A stretch of DNA of 63,936 nt, filler included, from Vannella sp. (Eukaryota): the NCBI GenBank assembly GCA_023345925.1. It is 6 parts of 6 records of this genome, joined end to end, with 100 filler letters (N's around TTAATTAATTAA, not from the genome) between each part and the next. Parts side by side here need not be neighbours in the genome. Positions count along the whole stretch, not along the records: positions 24,377 to 47,282 come from JAJQQN010000790.1; positions 47,383 to 53,188 come from JAJQQN010000024.1; positions 53,289 to 59,903 come from JAJQQN010001422.1; 3 more parts are not named here. The stretch is one strand, 5' to 3'. Below are positions 46,180-58,495 of the stretch, one piece after another. A program made the position numbers and the translations under genes. The stretch's first letter is position 1, and every line of letters begins with the position of its first letter. The notes beneath the pieces are model-generated. The model was given only the letters and a program-made list of their open reading frames with translations. It was not told where the DNA came from and searched no databases.

Positions 46180-46942
46180 ATGGAGGACGAGCAGGAAGGC
46201 CAAACATCCTTCCGGTCGGTGACTTTTCCGGAGTATCTGACTGCTTTGGTTGCTCCCGAGCAGACCATGCTTGATTACTTCTCCACGAGTGGGTTCTACG
46301 ATCCTTCATGTGGTAACGAGGTGTGTGCCATGAGTGGACGCCCTCGCAACTCTCCCGATCTTCTGTAAGCTGATCTTCGGCCTTCTTGTGTCCGTGGAGG
46401 CCTGACAAGGGTGAAAGTGATATGGAAGGGGTTCAATACATAGTAGAGAGCCACAAGGCTGAGCCAGAGCTCCCCACACTCACGGTAATCGCCAAAGTCT
46501 TCCGCCAGCCCAAGGAAGTGAGAAAGCTCGCTTACTACTACATTGTCTCCGGGGAGATCTTCCGTGCTCCTTCCCTTATGGCTGTTCTTGATACCAGACT
46601 GGTAAGCAGCCGCAGGGGTGACATTGGGAGTGACTTACAAGACGGACAAAGTCGAATGCCTTGCATTACGTCACCGAAGCGCTTTGCCAGCTGGCCAGCG
46701 ATGAGCATGAGCTCCGCGTGAACCACTTGAAGAACGCTGATAGCATTCACGCTGCTTCCCGCCGCTCAGCAAGTCTCTATCGCGGAATGAGTGACAAAGT
46801 GTTGAGGGAGGTTCAGGAGAAGTTCAGTGCTCCTGAGGAGCCGTCTACGAGTACAGAGGTCTCAAGAGGTTCTAGTCTACTGGGAAAGCGGCCTCTACCT
46901 GCTACTTCGAGCCCACAGATTGCAAAGCGACCCAGAATGTAA
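46180..46942 (+). CDS. MED6: Mediator subunit 6
   Basis: LDYFSTSGFYDPSCGNE, MEGVQY, VIAK, YYYIVSGEIFRAPSL..VL..RL.NAL. Introns 46365-46417 and 46602-46651. Confidence 0.9.
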
Positions 46943-46960
46943 GAACAAAGTGTATTCTCT

Positions 46961-47282
46961 TTACAGTTTGGCTCTGGACGCTTCCAGACAAGCGTATGTT
47001 GCTTGTTCAAGTCTATCTCCACGAAAGGGTTGATCAGGACTGGAAGGGGCCATCAGACACCGAGGAGGGTAAGAGAATGCCAACCCTTTGGAGGGATCGC
47101 ACCAGATAACAGCTCCACCGTTTGAAGTATGATAGAGAGCACCCGGATAATGAGGACTCAGAACGAAGCCTGCTCGGGAATAGGCTCTCCACGCCAACAG
47201 AGTGAGATCAAAGCCTTCCACACTCTTCTCCCCAATCACTTGGCATGTTGGAGCGCTGAATAGACTGGAAGGGACTGTGAGA
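46961..47282 (-). CDS. C-terminal fragment of a beta-lactamase-fold serine hydrolase with a PTS1-like AKL
   Basis: GALYHTSNGGAVIWCDPSKGLAFSY resembles the family motif FGHxGxGG...DP..GLAFAY. Ends SRAKL*. The 5' end is cut by the linker. Confidence 0.55.
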
Positions 47283-47382
47283 NNNNNNNNNNNNNNNNNN
47301 NNNNNNNNNNNNNNNNNNNNNNNNNNTTAATTAATTAANNNNNNNNNNNNNNNNNNNNNNNNNNNNNNNNNNNNNNNNNNNN
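47283..47382. other. Artificial contig linker
   Basis: N/TTAATTAATTAA/N. Confidence 0.98.
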
Positions 47383-47898
47383 GTGGGGAGGATACTTCAC
47401 AAATTGGAGGAAATAGAGATCTTCCAGAGCATTACAACCACGGACCTTGCCAAGGAAAACAATTCAGTACTGAGCTGGACCTTCCCGATGTCGACGCTCT
47501 TGGCGCTCTCGAACCGGATCCAGAACCGATCATTGAGCAGCAAAGGGGGCAGAGAAGGCTACCACGAGTGATTAGGCGCTTACGAATAGCCATTCTCTTT
47601 CCTGTCCGTCGGATGCGACAAAGAGCCGCTCCCGCCCCCTCCTCATAAGAGAACCTATAACCTGTTTGCAGCTGCCTCACAATCATTAAACACATATTAA
47701 GAAGAACCCGTGAGAGACAGGAATTGAGAATGGCTCCCACTAAGTTACTCATGCTAGGGAAACGCGCGATGGTCGAGGTTGCCAGATGGAACGTATGGAA
47801 AACTGAAGCGAGATTGAAAGCACTTGTCCCTTTCACTAGCGAACTTTGCCATCATTTCAATATCAAGAAAATCCAGGATGCCAGGCGACCACCTCCAC

Positions 47899-47980
47899 AA
47901 CCAGGACCTTCAAAAAAGGCCCCAAAATCGATGCTGAGTGGGTGAAATCGGATTTTTATATGTTTTTAGGTTTTCAACTT
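47899..47980 (-). promoter_or_regulatory. Conserved element, copy 3 (35-bp core 47946-47980)
   Basis: aatcggatttttatatgtttttaggttttcaactt, preceded by aaccaggaccttcaaaaaaggccccaaaatcgatg as in copy 2. Confidence 0.75.
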
Positions 47981-48225
47981 CGAGAGAAGTGGCGAGGGCA
48001 TTTCCCCTTGTTTGGGTCCTCAAACATCCAAAAAGTGAAAAAAACGAAATCAGTCCAAAAGCTTATCCTGAAGAGATGGAGGTCATCAGGGCAAGCTACG
48101 CAACTACCAGTTCTACCCCCTTCACTCGTGGATTTTCTCTTCCTGCGTCTAATATCAGTCGCCCAGGCTCATGAATTCTCTCATCGATCTTATCATTGAA
48201 CTTTCCCGCTTTTCCATTTATTGGG

Positions 48226-49281
48226 ATGCCTTTGGGTCACCACACGCTCCTCCTCTCCCTCGAAGGGGGCCTTTTGGCTTTTGGAAACAACAACGAGGGC
48301 CAACTCGGTCTTGGCCACATGGATCATCAATGGCAACCAATAGAGGTACCCTGGAGTGGCCCACAGCCGGTGCAGGTGGACTGGGGATGGGAACACTCCC
48401 TCGCCCTTGATGTGGAGGGCGGTGTGTGGGGGGCTGGCCGCTACTCCCGCTCCTCTCCTCCTTCCTCCACATTTCAGAGAGTTCTAGGACTTCCATGCGT
48501 TACGATGGTGGCTGCTGGTAACTCTCACAGCGCTGCCGTCGACATTGAGGGCGGCCTTTGGGTGTGGACGAGCGAGAGAGATCTCCATTGGTCGAGTTCT
48601 CTTCCTCAACGAGTGGAAGGCCTCCCTCCACTCGTCAAAGTCACTTGTGGTAGCGACTTTCTCGTGGCAGAGGCCGAAGAAGGAACCCTCTGGTTCTTGC
48701 ACAACTCCTACAAGCACCTCCAGAGGACATTACCGACCCTTCTGCAGGTAAAAGATCGGTCCGAAGGACCTCTCCGATGCCTGGTTGCTCTCTATGAAGG
48801 AGTGATCCTCATTGACTCGCAAGGAGGCGTCTTCACTTCTAGAAGCAACTCCCTTAACCAACTGAGGCGCTCTTCTGAAGGCGAATCTGATTCGAAGCTT
48901 GAGAGAATCATGAACATCCCTCCCATGCTTGCAGCTTCCTGCGGATTCGATCACACTCTCTGCCTGGATGAGGACGGCGGTGTCTGGACCTGGGGATTCG
49001 GTGGGTCTGGACGATTGGGGACGAACAACACTTCTGATGCCTCCAATCAGTCCCCACCCACTTTGGTGCCCTCGTTGAAAGGAATAAGCGCCCTGGTTGC
49101 GGGGAGGTCCCATTCATTGGCGTTCCCACAGGAAGGCGGCCTTCTGGTCTTTGGATGGAACAAATACGGACAACTCGGACTCAACCACACGACCGAACAA
49201 CTCACTCCCACACTTTGTCCTGTCCAGCCTGCTCTCCCTCATCCAGTTATCAGCAGAAAGAAGAGCGCCCGCTTCCTTTAA
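48226..49281 (+). CDS. RCC1-repeat beta-propeller protein (intronless)
   Basis: FGNNNEGQLGLGH, VAAGNSHSAA, SCGFDHTLCL...WTWGFG..GRLG, FGWNKYGQLG. Confidence 0.9.
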   Translation: MPLGHHTLLLSLEGGLLAFGNNNEGQLGLGHMDHQWQPIEVPWSGPQPVQVDWGWEHSLALDVEGGVWGAGRYSRSSPPSSTFQRVLGLPCVTMVAAGNSHSAAVDIEGGLWVWTSERDLHWSSSLPQRVEGLPPLVKVTCGSDFLVAEAEEGTLWFLHNSYKHLQRTLPTLLQVKDRSEGPLRCLVALYEGVILIDSQGGVFTSRSNSLNQLRRSSEGESDSKLERIMNIPPMLAASCGFDHTLCLDEDGGVWTWGFGGSGRLGTNNTSDASNQSPPTLVPSLKGISALVAGRSHSLAFPQEGGLLVFGWNKYGQLGLNHTTEQLTPTLCPVQPALPHPVISRKKSARFL

Positions 49282-49503
49282 CAGATTGTTGCCACTGATC
49301 AAAGAAGGCCTCTTCGGAGACTAAAAGGGGAATGCGAGTCTTGAAAACGGGGATTCTTGACTAAAACTGGCTGAGAAGGAGCGATCTTCTCTGTAACATG
49401 AAGATGGGAAGGCAGCGTTGCTTCTTTGAAGAGGATTTAAACAGTTAAATCGGGTCGGTAATGTCCTCAGCAACAGCATTATATTACCGCAAGGAATGGC
49501 GGA

Positions 49504-51966
49504 CTACAAAGTGAAGGCACCGGCGGCGAGGAGGAGATTGCGATGAGTGAATTGCACCCCAAAGATGGGAGTCTTCTTGGTGGCGAAGCTTGCAAGCAAT
49601 TCTGGGCATCTGTGCTTTCGTAAGGACGTTGAAGATCTTCACAAGGGTACAACTAACCGATCGTCTTTCTTGTAGTTCCTTTGAGCATCGTCCAGTTCCT
49701 GGGGAGGTTGGAGCATCAAATTCTGGTCATGGGACAGGTTAGATCGAAAGTGCAGGATAATGATAATTCAATGCTCTCATACCTTTTCTGTGTTCCAAAT
49801 CTTAACTGAGCGATCACCAGAACCTGATGCCAATACGGTCCCCTCATTACTAAAGTTGAGAGACCAGACAGGCCCAACATGGCCCGTGAAAGTGCGCAGC
49901 TTCTTTCCACTCCCAATGTCCCACAAATTGATAATACCGTCACCACCTGCGTCACGCTGAGCACAATGGAGCACACAGAGGAACAGGAAACTCACTACCA
50001 GATGCCAAGATTCTTCCATCAGGAGAGAAAGCAAGTGCATTGATTCCTGAGAAATGACCAGTAAAAATGCGAACGCACTCGCCCTTCATAATGTCCCAGA
50101 GGCGGACAGATTTGTCGGAAGAGCCAGTTGCTACGTAGTTGCAGTTGGGATGGAACTTAACACACTTGCCTGGGTATGAGCAAAAGATCAAAGTTGCTTG
50201 TGAGAGAGCTTACATCCACATCAGAGAGATGACCAGCCAGAATGCGCAATGGGAAGATATTGTCCGTTCCCCAGATACGAGCTGTTCTATCGTGAGATGC
50301 TGAAGCAAAGTAATATCCCAGAGGAGAGAAATCAACGTCCCAAACGGGGTAGTTGTGTCCTTTGTAGCACACCAAGTTGCTCTTCGTCTCTAAACTCCAA
50401 AGCCGAACTTGCAAAGTCGTCAGCAAATAGTGCCTTAAAGCTCCTTTCCTCTCACCTGTGCTATCCTCCGAGGAAGATAACAAAAACTTGTTCTCGGGGC
50501 TAATAGAGAGACCGTAGATGGGTCCAGAGTGACCAGCAAACACGTGGTAATCCTCATTCCCCTGCTCCTCTATCAGAACTCCGTTCTCTTTCCGCTTGAT
50601 AACAGTCCCAAAGTTGCGAGTGTGGGTTTGAGTGATATCCCACAGCTTGATAGTCGAGTCAGAGAAGCCACCGCATACAAAGCGGTTATCCTTTGACACT
50701 TCCACAACATTCAACCTAAACACTATTGAGTCAGGCAAAAGGGGCCTCAACAACAGAGCCATTGAGGTTCCCTACTGGTGACTAGTGTTCAAGAATGTAT
50801 AGCAGCACGCTGAAGGGAGGCTATTGACTCCCAGTGGGACCGCATGAGTCCATTCACTCAATTTTTGCCTGATAGACTCAGGATTCCTATCACCCAGAGA
50901 GATGAGAAGTCTGAAGTGATCGAGAGAGTCCTTCTCACAGAGAGGGAAGCGGAATCTTCGAATCAGCTTGCTCGAACTCCATTCCTTCAAAAATTTTGCT
51001 CCTGAACTCAGGTCCATCACGCTGTTTGACATTAGTAGGTCTCTAAGATGTATGGGAGTAGAGTGAGTACCATTTCATCATCGTTTGGCTCCCGGTTGGG
51101 GATGAAATCGGCCAAAAGACCCCAACGGACCGGCGTTTCGTTCAATTCGTCCACCTTCCCAACTGTAACTGCCCGATACTCCAACTTGGCCTGTTTGTTG
51201 GCCTCCCCAATGAAGACTGTGCATCATAGAATGGTCAAAACACCGCCTTCAGAGCTCACTTTGCTTACCGCGAATGTCCACGTATTGATTGATCAAGGAG
51301 AGCACGAGATAGTGCTTCTTCTCAACAAGGAAGGCCATCATCAACTCAAAAGAGTGGTTGGAGAGGCGCAGAACGTGCTTATGTTGGCGGAACCGTTGGG
51401 CCAACTCGTTCTCCTATGCAGAAGGGTTGGATCAGCTGTATGACAGTGGAGGTTATGGGAACGAGCGGTCTTACTTGGATCTGCTCTGGAGTCTTGAGAG
51501 ACAGGAGGATGACGATGTCATCAGAGAGCTCTTTGTGGTCCTCGCGGTGTTTCTGTAAGAAAGCAGAGGCTATCGAGCTCGTACGGTGAGTACAATGTGG
51601 CTAGGGTCATTGGAGAAGCTGTTTACCCTCTTGAGCGAAGCCCTTTGCGACAAGATCGATGTAGGAGTGGGCAAAGACGGGATAAAGAACAGAAAGCAGC
51701 TCCGCACGGTTGGAGTTAAGAGAAGCTTGTGCCCACTCTTTGTATAGCGCATAGCTCTTTTCATAGTCACTAGGGAGACTCTCCTGAGCCGCGTTGTGGT
51801 ACAAAATGTAGTTCGTCACCGAAGCCGCTTCATCCTGCTTCACCCGCTGCGCCAAAGCACCCAACGACAAGACAGAGGCCTCTTCTGCAAACCTCTGCTG
51901 AGTGTGGGTGTATCCCTTCTGCTTCAAGTAGTTCATAACCACCGTGTTCACCTCCTCCTCGTTCAT
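49504..51966 (-). CDS. TAF5: TFIID subunit TAF5
   Basis: Lis[14 protein letters not shown]2 [16 protein letters not shown]40s [39 protein letters not shown]. Alternative upstream ATG at 52044. Confidence 0.95.
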
Positions 51967-52070
51967 CCTCCCTCCAAACAATGAATTTCCGCTCCCAGGC
52001 GCCTTAGAACAGTGTACTTCTAGAACATCATCATTCGTACTCATTTTCAGTAGGCAAGGGTCATTCTCTC

Positions 52071-52829
52071 TTGTCCTTCCAACTCGCCCTTTCTTTAGGC
52101 CATTCCCTGCGGGATGGCCAGCTCTGTCTGAACGGCTTTGGGCTCTTAGAGGTCCCTGAGGAGCTGTTTCGATTGACCCATCTCAGCTCCCTTGAGCTCT
52201 CTCGCAATGAGATAACCAACCTTCCAGACGGATTCAGCGCCCTGACGAACTTGCGGTCCCTGTCGTTGGACAACAACCGTATAGAAGCAATACCTTCATG
52301 GATAACCAACTTGCGGAGCTTGCGGTGGCTCATCTTAGACGACAACTGCATCGAACGGCTTCCTGCTGAGATGGAGGCTTTGCCCTTTCTGCATGGTCTC
52401 ACGCTGCGCCATAACCGTCTACCTGAAGAGGTGTTCGTTTGTGGTGATCGAGAAGAGTGTGTGGCAACTATCCGCCGGGTTTCAGCCATGACAGACTGGC
52501 GCATCCGTCCCTGGTCTCCCTCCTCCCACCCTGCTCTTCCTCCTTCACTAAGGGAGGAGATTGAGACCTTCTACCTTCTTTACCACATCTCTACCCGCCA
52601 GTGCAGCCCCTCCCCATTGCAAGACCTTCCCCTGGAGCTTGTTTTCGCCATTATTGAGTTCCTCCGGCAGCTTCATCTCTCTCAGAGTAGTTCTTTGCAG
52701 CCTCTCCGAGTGTTACTACCCCCACCTCCCCAAATCTCTTCCACAAGGACTGTGAACACCCTCAATGTCTTCGTCTTGGAGGACCTTCACAACGCTTTGC
52801 CCTCTGCCGAAGAGTTAGCCAATCTTTGA
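52071..52829 (+). CDS. Leucine-rich repeat protein (start codon unresolved)
   Basis: Four LxxLxLxxNxI repeats and an F-box-like LQDLPLELVFAIIEFL. No in-frame ATG before 52371. Confidence 0.7.
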   Translation: MSFQLALSLGHSLRDGQLCLNGFGLLEVPEELFRLTHLSSLELSRNEITNLPDGFSALTNLRSLSLDNNRIEAIPSWITNLRSLRWLILDDNCIERLPAEMEALPFLHGLTLRHNRLPEEVFVCGDREECVATIRRVSAMTDWRIRPWSPSSHPALPPSLREEIETFYLLYHISTRQCSPSPLQDLPLELVFAIIEFLRQLHLSQSSSLQPLRVLLPPPPQISSTRTVNTLNVFVLEDLHNALPSAEELANL

Positions 52830-53188
52830 GACTTCCACTACCCTTTGATGGCATATACAAGAGTTAGTGGGTTGGGCCACACTCAGGGGAAAGAGAGAGA
52901 GAGAAAGGGCTTTGAGCCTCCCTCTCAGAGCACTCAGAGCACTCTTTTGCCACTCAGCGTGCAATCAGAGCCACCAACATCATCAAGAAGGCCTTCTAGG
53001 CCACCCATAATGACACCTACACCCACAGTTGCCTTCTAAACGCACTTTCCATGATCAAACACTCGATGAAGGGCTTCTCCTTCTTGAGATTGGGTTTGTT
53101 GATCACTTGCGTGAATGTCATCGAAGAAGGGCTGTTGGGGACTCTTGGTCAACCATTTTGGGGTGAACTGAGCGTTCATTCCCCCTCT

Positions 53189-53288
53189 NNNNNNNNNNNN
53201 NNNNNNNNNNNNNNNNNNNNNNNNNNNNNNNNTTAATTAATTAANNNNNNNNNNNNNNNNNNNNNNNNNNNNNNNNNNNNNNNNNNNN
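53189..53288. other. Artificial contig linker
   Basis: N/TTAATTAATTAA/N. Confidence 0.98.
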
Positions 53289-54754
53289 TAGTACAAGAGG
53301 TGAGGAGTGACTACGAGAGCCTGGAGAGCCTCATGGCACGATGGAAGGTTGAGAATTGCCACCAGCCCTTCGCCAAGAACGTTGTGACCATTCTAGGTAC
53401 GACATCATCAGGGAAGAGCTCCTTTGTCAACCACTTCTTCCAAGTGGGCATCAAGAAGGTGGCTCTGGAACAAATGGACACGGTGCGCACTCTTCCTCTT
53501 CCCCTTCCGAGAGAGAGAAGGGAACTCACCACTCCCTCAGCACTTCACCATCATCGAAACCATCCCAGAAGACGAATTCATCGACCTGGTTGGGCGTAGC
53601 ACCTACAAGCGCAAGGCTATCAGCGATCAAAAGCTCGCAGCTGGTGTCCAGGATTCCTTCTCTGATGCACGGCGCAACGTAGTCTACGTGATACTAGACA
53701 CTGCTGGCACCATTGCTCGACACCGCCAGTTTGAGAACTTCTCTCAAGTCTTCCGCAAGCACGAGCTCATCAACTCTGTCCTCATTAATGAGCATTATCT
53801 CCACGGTCCCGAAGACAAGCTGTGCGTACTCTGAATGGGTGTGAAACAGTCTAACTTGTCCGTAGGTCTATGATGAAGAACACCATCTTGATAGACTCTC
53901 CTGGATTTACTGCTGAGACCCAAATTGCCAAGCTGAGGGGCAACTTGGAGATCCTACAGTACATGTACACACTCAGCGACTTGACTCTCTTCTTCATAGC
54001 AAGTGAATCCATCAACTTAGTGTCCTCCCAGATCTCCATGCTCGAGCTTTCCATTCTTTTTGCGTTTCACGGAGAAACGCATTTCTCGCAGACACTTTCC
54101 GACCTTTTGGCCGTGAAGGACCCCAACTTCTCCTTTTCTGTTTCTGACTTGTTTAGTGCAGTTATAAGGAAGATTAAGAAGGATCCCACCAAGGAACGCA
54201 ACTCCACCTACGACGGAACAGCGTATTGGGACAAAGTCAAGTTTATTGTGAGCAAGATCGACAACGTAACGCTCCGGTGCGTTTGCGAGAAAGAGATCCG
54301 TCCGGAAGCCCAGTTCTTTGAACTGGGGACTACGTTGGGCCGGAACTTGCGTTTCTTGAAGCCTCCAGTCTTCGACCAATGCTTTGCGATTGCCATTCCT
54401 GAGCAACAGACCTTCCGCACTAAGCTGGATCAGGTGCATTACCTGGAGGATGAGTCTCCCTCTTCTGCAGGCTCTTTAAGAGGGAACAAAGAGCGGGCTC
54501 CGTCGAGAGGGCCGGTGGTGAGGGGGGACTTGGACCGGCTCGTTGCCTCCATCGCGGCGCTGAACTTCTACGACTCGTTTGTGGTGCGTATGGACTCTTC
54601 TATACAGAAGATGTGCGAAGAGCTGGAAGCGAAGATCAAGGAGAGCTGGAGCTACTCTGCATTCCTCTCTCGCGCCGACATGGCCACCATTCACACCATT
54701 CTCCAGCACTCCAAGGCCCGTTCTCGCGCTCGAGTGGGTGGGAAAGATCTGTAG
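53289..54754 (+). CDS. EHD/sarcalumenin-like dynamin-superfamily NTPase (5' partial)
   Basis: ILGTTSSGKSSFVN, DTHFTII, LIDSPG, SDLTLFF, FIVSKID. Two introns. Confidence 0.75.
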
Positions 54755-54828
54755 TAAACTATTGCACTCTACAAACACTCCAGCGGGAGGGGGAGGAGGG
54801 AGAAAAAGGGGCATTCTTCGTCCTCCTC

Positions 54829-56679
54829 ATGCCTTCGGCTGCTTCTCTGACATCTTCCCATGGAGAGGACCTGACGCTCTTCAAACGTAACCCCCTGCTG
54901 CATCTTGAACGTACTGAACTTCCTCGTTTGCCTATCCCAGCGTTGGAAGGGACTTTGGAGCGCTACTTGACCGGAGTGCGCCCTCTTCTTTCTCCTGAAG
55001 AGTACGAAGCAACTGCGCGCCATGTTCAGCACTTTAGAGCTGAAGAGGGACCTTCTCTTGATGCTGAGCTTCGCCGCTTAGCGGAGGAAACGCCCACGAG
55101 CTGGTTAGAAGGCTTTTGGGACACTGGCTACTTGGAGTATCGCGTGCCCTGCCCTGTTCACGTCAATCCCTTCTTCGTCATTCATCCTACTCCTCATATG
55201 GGTCAGTTAGAACGTGCCAGTGAGATCGTCAGCTCCTCTCTGCGCCTTTGGGAGTCTATCAAAGGGAACACGTTGCCTCCGGAGACCTCCCGCGGGGAGG
55301 TGCAGTGTATGACCTCCTACTGGCGTGTTTTTGGAACTACCAGAAGACCTTTGAGTGGTCGTGATGAGCTGTTGACCTGCCCCAGGTCCCAGCATGTCGT
55401 TATCCTTCATCAGAACCGATTCTTCACTCTCCAAGTCTACGACAACGTGGGAAGCCCGCTCTCAGCCACAGCCATCGCAGAAGGAATGAAAGAGATCATT
55501 GACACCGACTTTGAGGCCGCCTCCACTCTGGAAACACGAGAAGGAGGGATTGGCGTGCTCACATGCGAAGACCGAGATTCCTGGGCTGCCATTCGCTCTC
55601 ATTTGGAGTCCTCTTCGACGATTAACCAATCCAGCCTGTTACAAGTCGATACGGCTATCATGATCGTCTGTTTGGACTCGGAATCGCCCCAGAACCAAAA
55701 TGACTTGGCACAGAAAATGCTTTCCGGCGCTTCCGGGGAGAATCGCTGGTTCGATAAGTTGCAGTTGATTGTGTGCCCGGATGGGTCCGCTGCGTTCAAT
55801 ATGGAGCATGCTCCTCATGATGGTCACACGCTGCTGATGTGCGCGACTTACATCTTTGACGACATTCTCGGCTCGAAGTTGGTTCCTGGAGCAGGACAGA
55901 AGCCCTTGGGTGGCCCTAAAGCGACTGCAACATCACTGCAATGGGCAGTAGATGCAAAGATTCTCCAAAGTATCTCGCAGGCCCGAATGAAGATGGAAGC
56001 TCTGTCGCAGACCACACAAAGTAGTGTTTTGAACTTTCGAGAGTTCGGAAGCGAAGCTATTAAGGCTCTGAAGGTGTCTCCTGATGCCTTTGTACAGATG
56101 GCATTCCAAATAGCCTTCTATCGCATCAGTGGAACGGTCCAGTCCACATATGAGTCGTGCAATATGAAAGGATTCTTCCATGGGCGCACAGAAACCATCC
56201 GAAGCGTCAGTAACGAGAGCCTTCGTCTCTGTGAGACCTTTTTCAAAGCCAGTGTACCACCTTCTGAGAAGGACAAGCTGATTCGACTGGCAGCCGACCG
56301 ACATTCTCGAACCGGCGCCGATGCGAAGGATGGGAAAGGGGTCGATCGTCACTTGATGGGCCTCAAACAGATCGCACGCTTTCGTCAACTACGTTTGCCT
56401 CTCTATGAGATCCCAGAGATCTTCCGTGACCCCGCGTACGCCAAGTACAGCGGCTCCGTGTTGAGCACGAGCAACTGCGGGGGCTTTGCCTTGGACTTGT
56501 TCGGCTTTGGACCTGTTATGGAGAATGGATTGGGTATTGGGTACATCGTGAAGGATACAGAGCTCCTCTTCAACGTCACTAGCTTCACTAAGCAAGCTGT
56601 TCTCTTCACTTCTGCCCTTCGCGAGACTCTCCTCGACATGCGCTCGCTCTGCAGCTCTCAGCTACCCGCCAAACTCTAA
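54829..56679 (+). CDS. Carnitine acyltransferase, peroxisomal (PTS1 AKL)
   Basis: LPRLPIPALE.TL.RYL, NRWFDK, catalytic EHAPHDG, SPDAFVQMAFQ, TYES, GRTE, GVDRHL, LSTS. Ends PAKL*. Confidence 0.93.
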   Translation: MPSAASLTSSHGEDLTLFKRNPLLHLERTELPRLPIPALEGTLERYLTGVRPLLSPEEYEATARHVQHFRAEEGPSLDAELRRLAEETPTSWLEGFWDTGYLEYRVPCPVHVNPFFVIHPTPHMGQLERASEIVSSSLRLWESIKGNTLPPETSRGEVQCMTSYWRVFGTTRRPLSGRDELLTCPRSQHVVILHQNRFFTLQVYDNVGSPLSATAIAEGMKEIIDTDFEAASTLETREGGIGVLTCEDRDSWAAIRSHLESSSTINQSSLLQVDTAIMIVCLDSESPQNQNDLAQKMLSGASGENRWFDKLQLIVCPDGSAAFNMEHAPHDGHTLLMCATYIFDDILGSKLVPGAGQKPLGGPKATATSLQWAVDAKILQSISQARMKMEALSQTTQSSVLNFREFGSEAIKALKVSPDAFVQMAFQIAFYRISGTVQSTYESCNMKGFFHGRTETIRSVSNESLRLCETFFKASVPPSEKDKLIRLAADRHSRTGADAKDGKGVDRHLMGLKQIARFRQLRLPLYEIPEIFRDPAYAKYSGSVLSTSNCGGFALDLFGFGPVMENGLGIGYIVKDTELLFNVTSFTKQAVLFTSALRETLLDMRSLCSSQLPAKL

Positions 56680-56762
56680 CTTGACCACTCATACATGCAC
56701 TGTTCAAAGCGTTCCTTCTGATAGCGGTGTGTACGAGGCCATTTCTTCTCTTCTGTGAAAGG

Positions 56763-57632
56763 ATGGACATGAGCGGGAATGTGCGCTTTGTGAACACGTC
56801 AGCCGAGGCCTTTGTGGAGTGTGCCTGTTCTGAGCTTCTGGAGGCTATTCGGAAGACCCTTGCGGTGAAGGTGGGAGCGTCTGGGGAGAGAACGGGAAGC
56901 TTTCGTGTCTTATGTTGAGGGAAGAGGCACTGTGTGGTGGGGCTGAGCGGAGGGAGCACCCCAAAGCCTATCTACTCTTGGTTGGGTCAGCAAGAACTCG
57001 AGTGGGAGCGCGTGAGCTTCTTCATTGTGGACGAAAGGTACATCGACCGCTCAGACACCCGAAATAACGCGGTACAGCTCTTCCCCTGTTCCAGGATAAG
57101 ACGAGAACTCATGAGTGACTAGAACTTAGTGCAAAACACCCTACTAGCTGGTGGAAGGGTCACTCCGGACAGTGTGACAGCTCCAGACACCTCGCTTCCA
57201 CTTGGCGAATGCATCTCCCGCTACCAAGACAGCCTGACAGCTCTCTTACATGACAAGGGGAACAACAAGCAGGGAGCTGATATCATCATCCTTGGCTTGG
57301 GCCCTGATGGCCACCTGGCCTCGCTCTTCCCGCCCTTGAGCGAGGATCTGTTGCCCCACAAAGCAGAGCAGGAGAGAGTATTCCACACTCAAACGAGCCA
57401 CTTTGATGTGCTCGACCGCATCACAGTGTCGCTGGATCAGATTGGGGCGAGCTCAAGCAAGTTCTTCTTCCTTCAAGGCGAGGAGAAGCGAAACGTCTGG
57501 CAAGAGATGGCACTGGCTGACCAGCAGGGACTCTCTCTCGCTCAGCTGTACACTCGATGGCCTGCACTCTTCGTGGTTCACTCTGGCCAAACAAGCGTCA
57601 TCGCCCAGTTCCCACCCAAAGGAGGACTTTGA
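56763..57632 (+). CDS. PGLS: 6-phosphogluconolactonase
   Basis: GLSGGSTP, VDER, LGLGPDGHLASLFP, RITVS. Two introns. Confidence 0.9.
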
Positions 57633-57690
57633 ATAGAGCGGAGTTCCTTCCTGTGTGGACGAAGCAGTGGTTTATCCCACCACAAAGGGA

Positions 57691-58489
57691 TTAGGCTGCC
57701 TCTTCGTCTTCTGAGTCGAACTCAAAGTCCTCAGAGAAGTCGATAGAAAGCTTCTTTGTGATCGACTCGCGGTCGGCAAGCATTTGCACGAACTCGTCGT
57801 ACGAGATCCTCCCGTCTCCATCCTTATCCGCTTCCATGATAGTCTTATCGACGATCTGCTGTAGCTATATCACAAAGAGAGCCAGAGCGGTGTCAGGGGG
57901 GCAGGAAAGGGCATCGAGGCGAACTTTTCGTACCTGCTCAGGGGTGAGGTTGCTTCCCACCATCTTCTTCAGGACAGTGAAGAGTTCTCCGTTCGAGATG
58001 AAGCCGTCTCTATCAATGTCGTAGATCTGGAAGGCAACTAAAGACCCTTCGCATCAGCAGGCGAACGCCCACCTTTCCCAAAGCCGTCCTCTCACATCGC
58101 AGCTTGGCGTCGTCATTGCCATTCTGGCTGAAAACAGCAAGGGAAGAGATGAACTCGGTAAACTGAACCTCTCCGTCTCCGTTCTCGTCAAAGACATCAA
58201 TGACCCGTTCGAGGAGTGGGTTGCCTTGCAGCTCCTTAATACTCAAGAACTCTTCTTTGGACAACGTTCCAGATCTTCCTTCAGAGTAAGACGAGTTCAA
58301 TGCCCTCGAGAGCTCCCTCACCCGTCTGTGTCGATCTTCTTGAATTTGCGGTAAAGCCGCTGAAGCTCATCCTCTGTGACTGTCCGCTTGATGAGAGGAG
58401 AGATGGAGTGCTCCGTAGTTCTTACAGTTGGTTGATTCTTGTAACTGGTCGATCTCGTCTCGAGTGAGCCCACCAGGGACGTTTCCCAT
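57691..58489 (-). CDS. CNB1: Calcineurin B regulatory subunit
   Basis: MGN start, [64 protein letters not shown]. Four introns. Confidence 0.95.
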
Positions 58490-58495
58490 CTCCGC

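Noticed and set aside
47383..47860. Possible gene downstream of conserved element copy 3
   Set aside because: An ATG exists at 47854 (minus), but I could not build a convincing spliced ORF before the contig end.
54613..54828. N-terminal extension of the carnitine acyltransferase ORF overlapping the upstream gene
   Set aside because: The ORF-track start is a GTG inside the EHD-like gene. Homology and the first plausible ATG begin at 54829.
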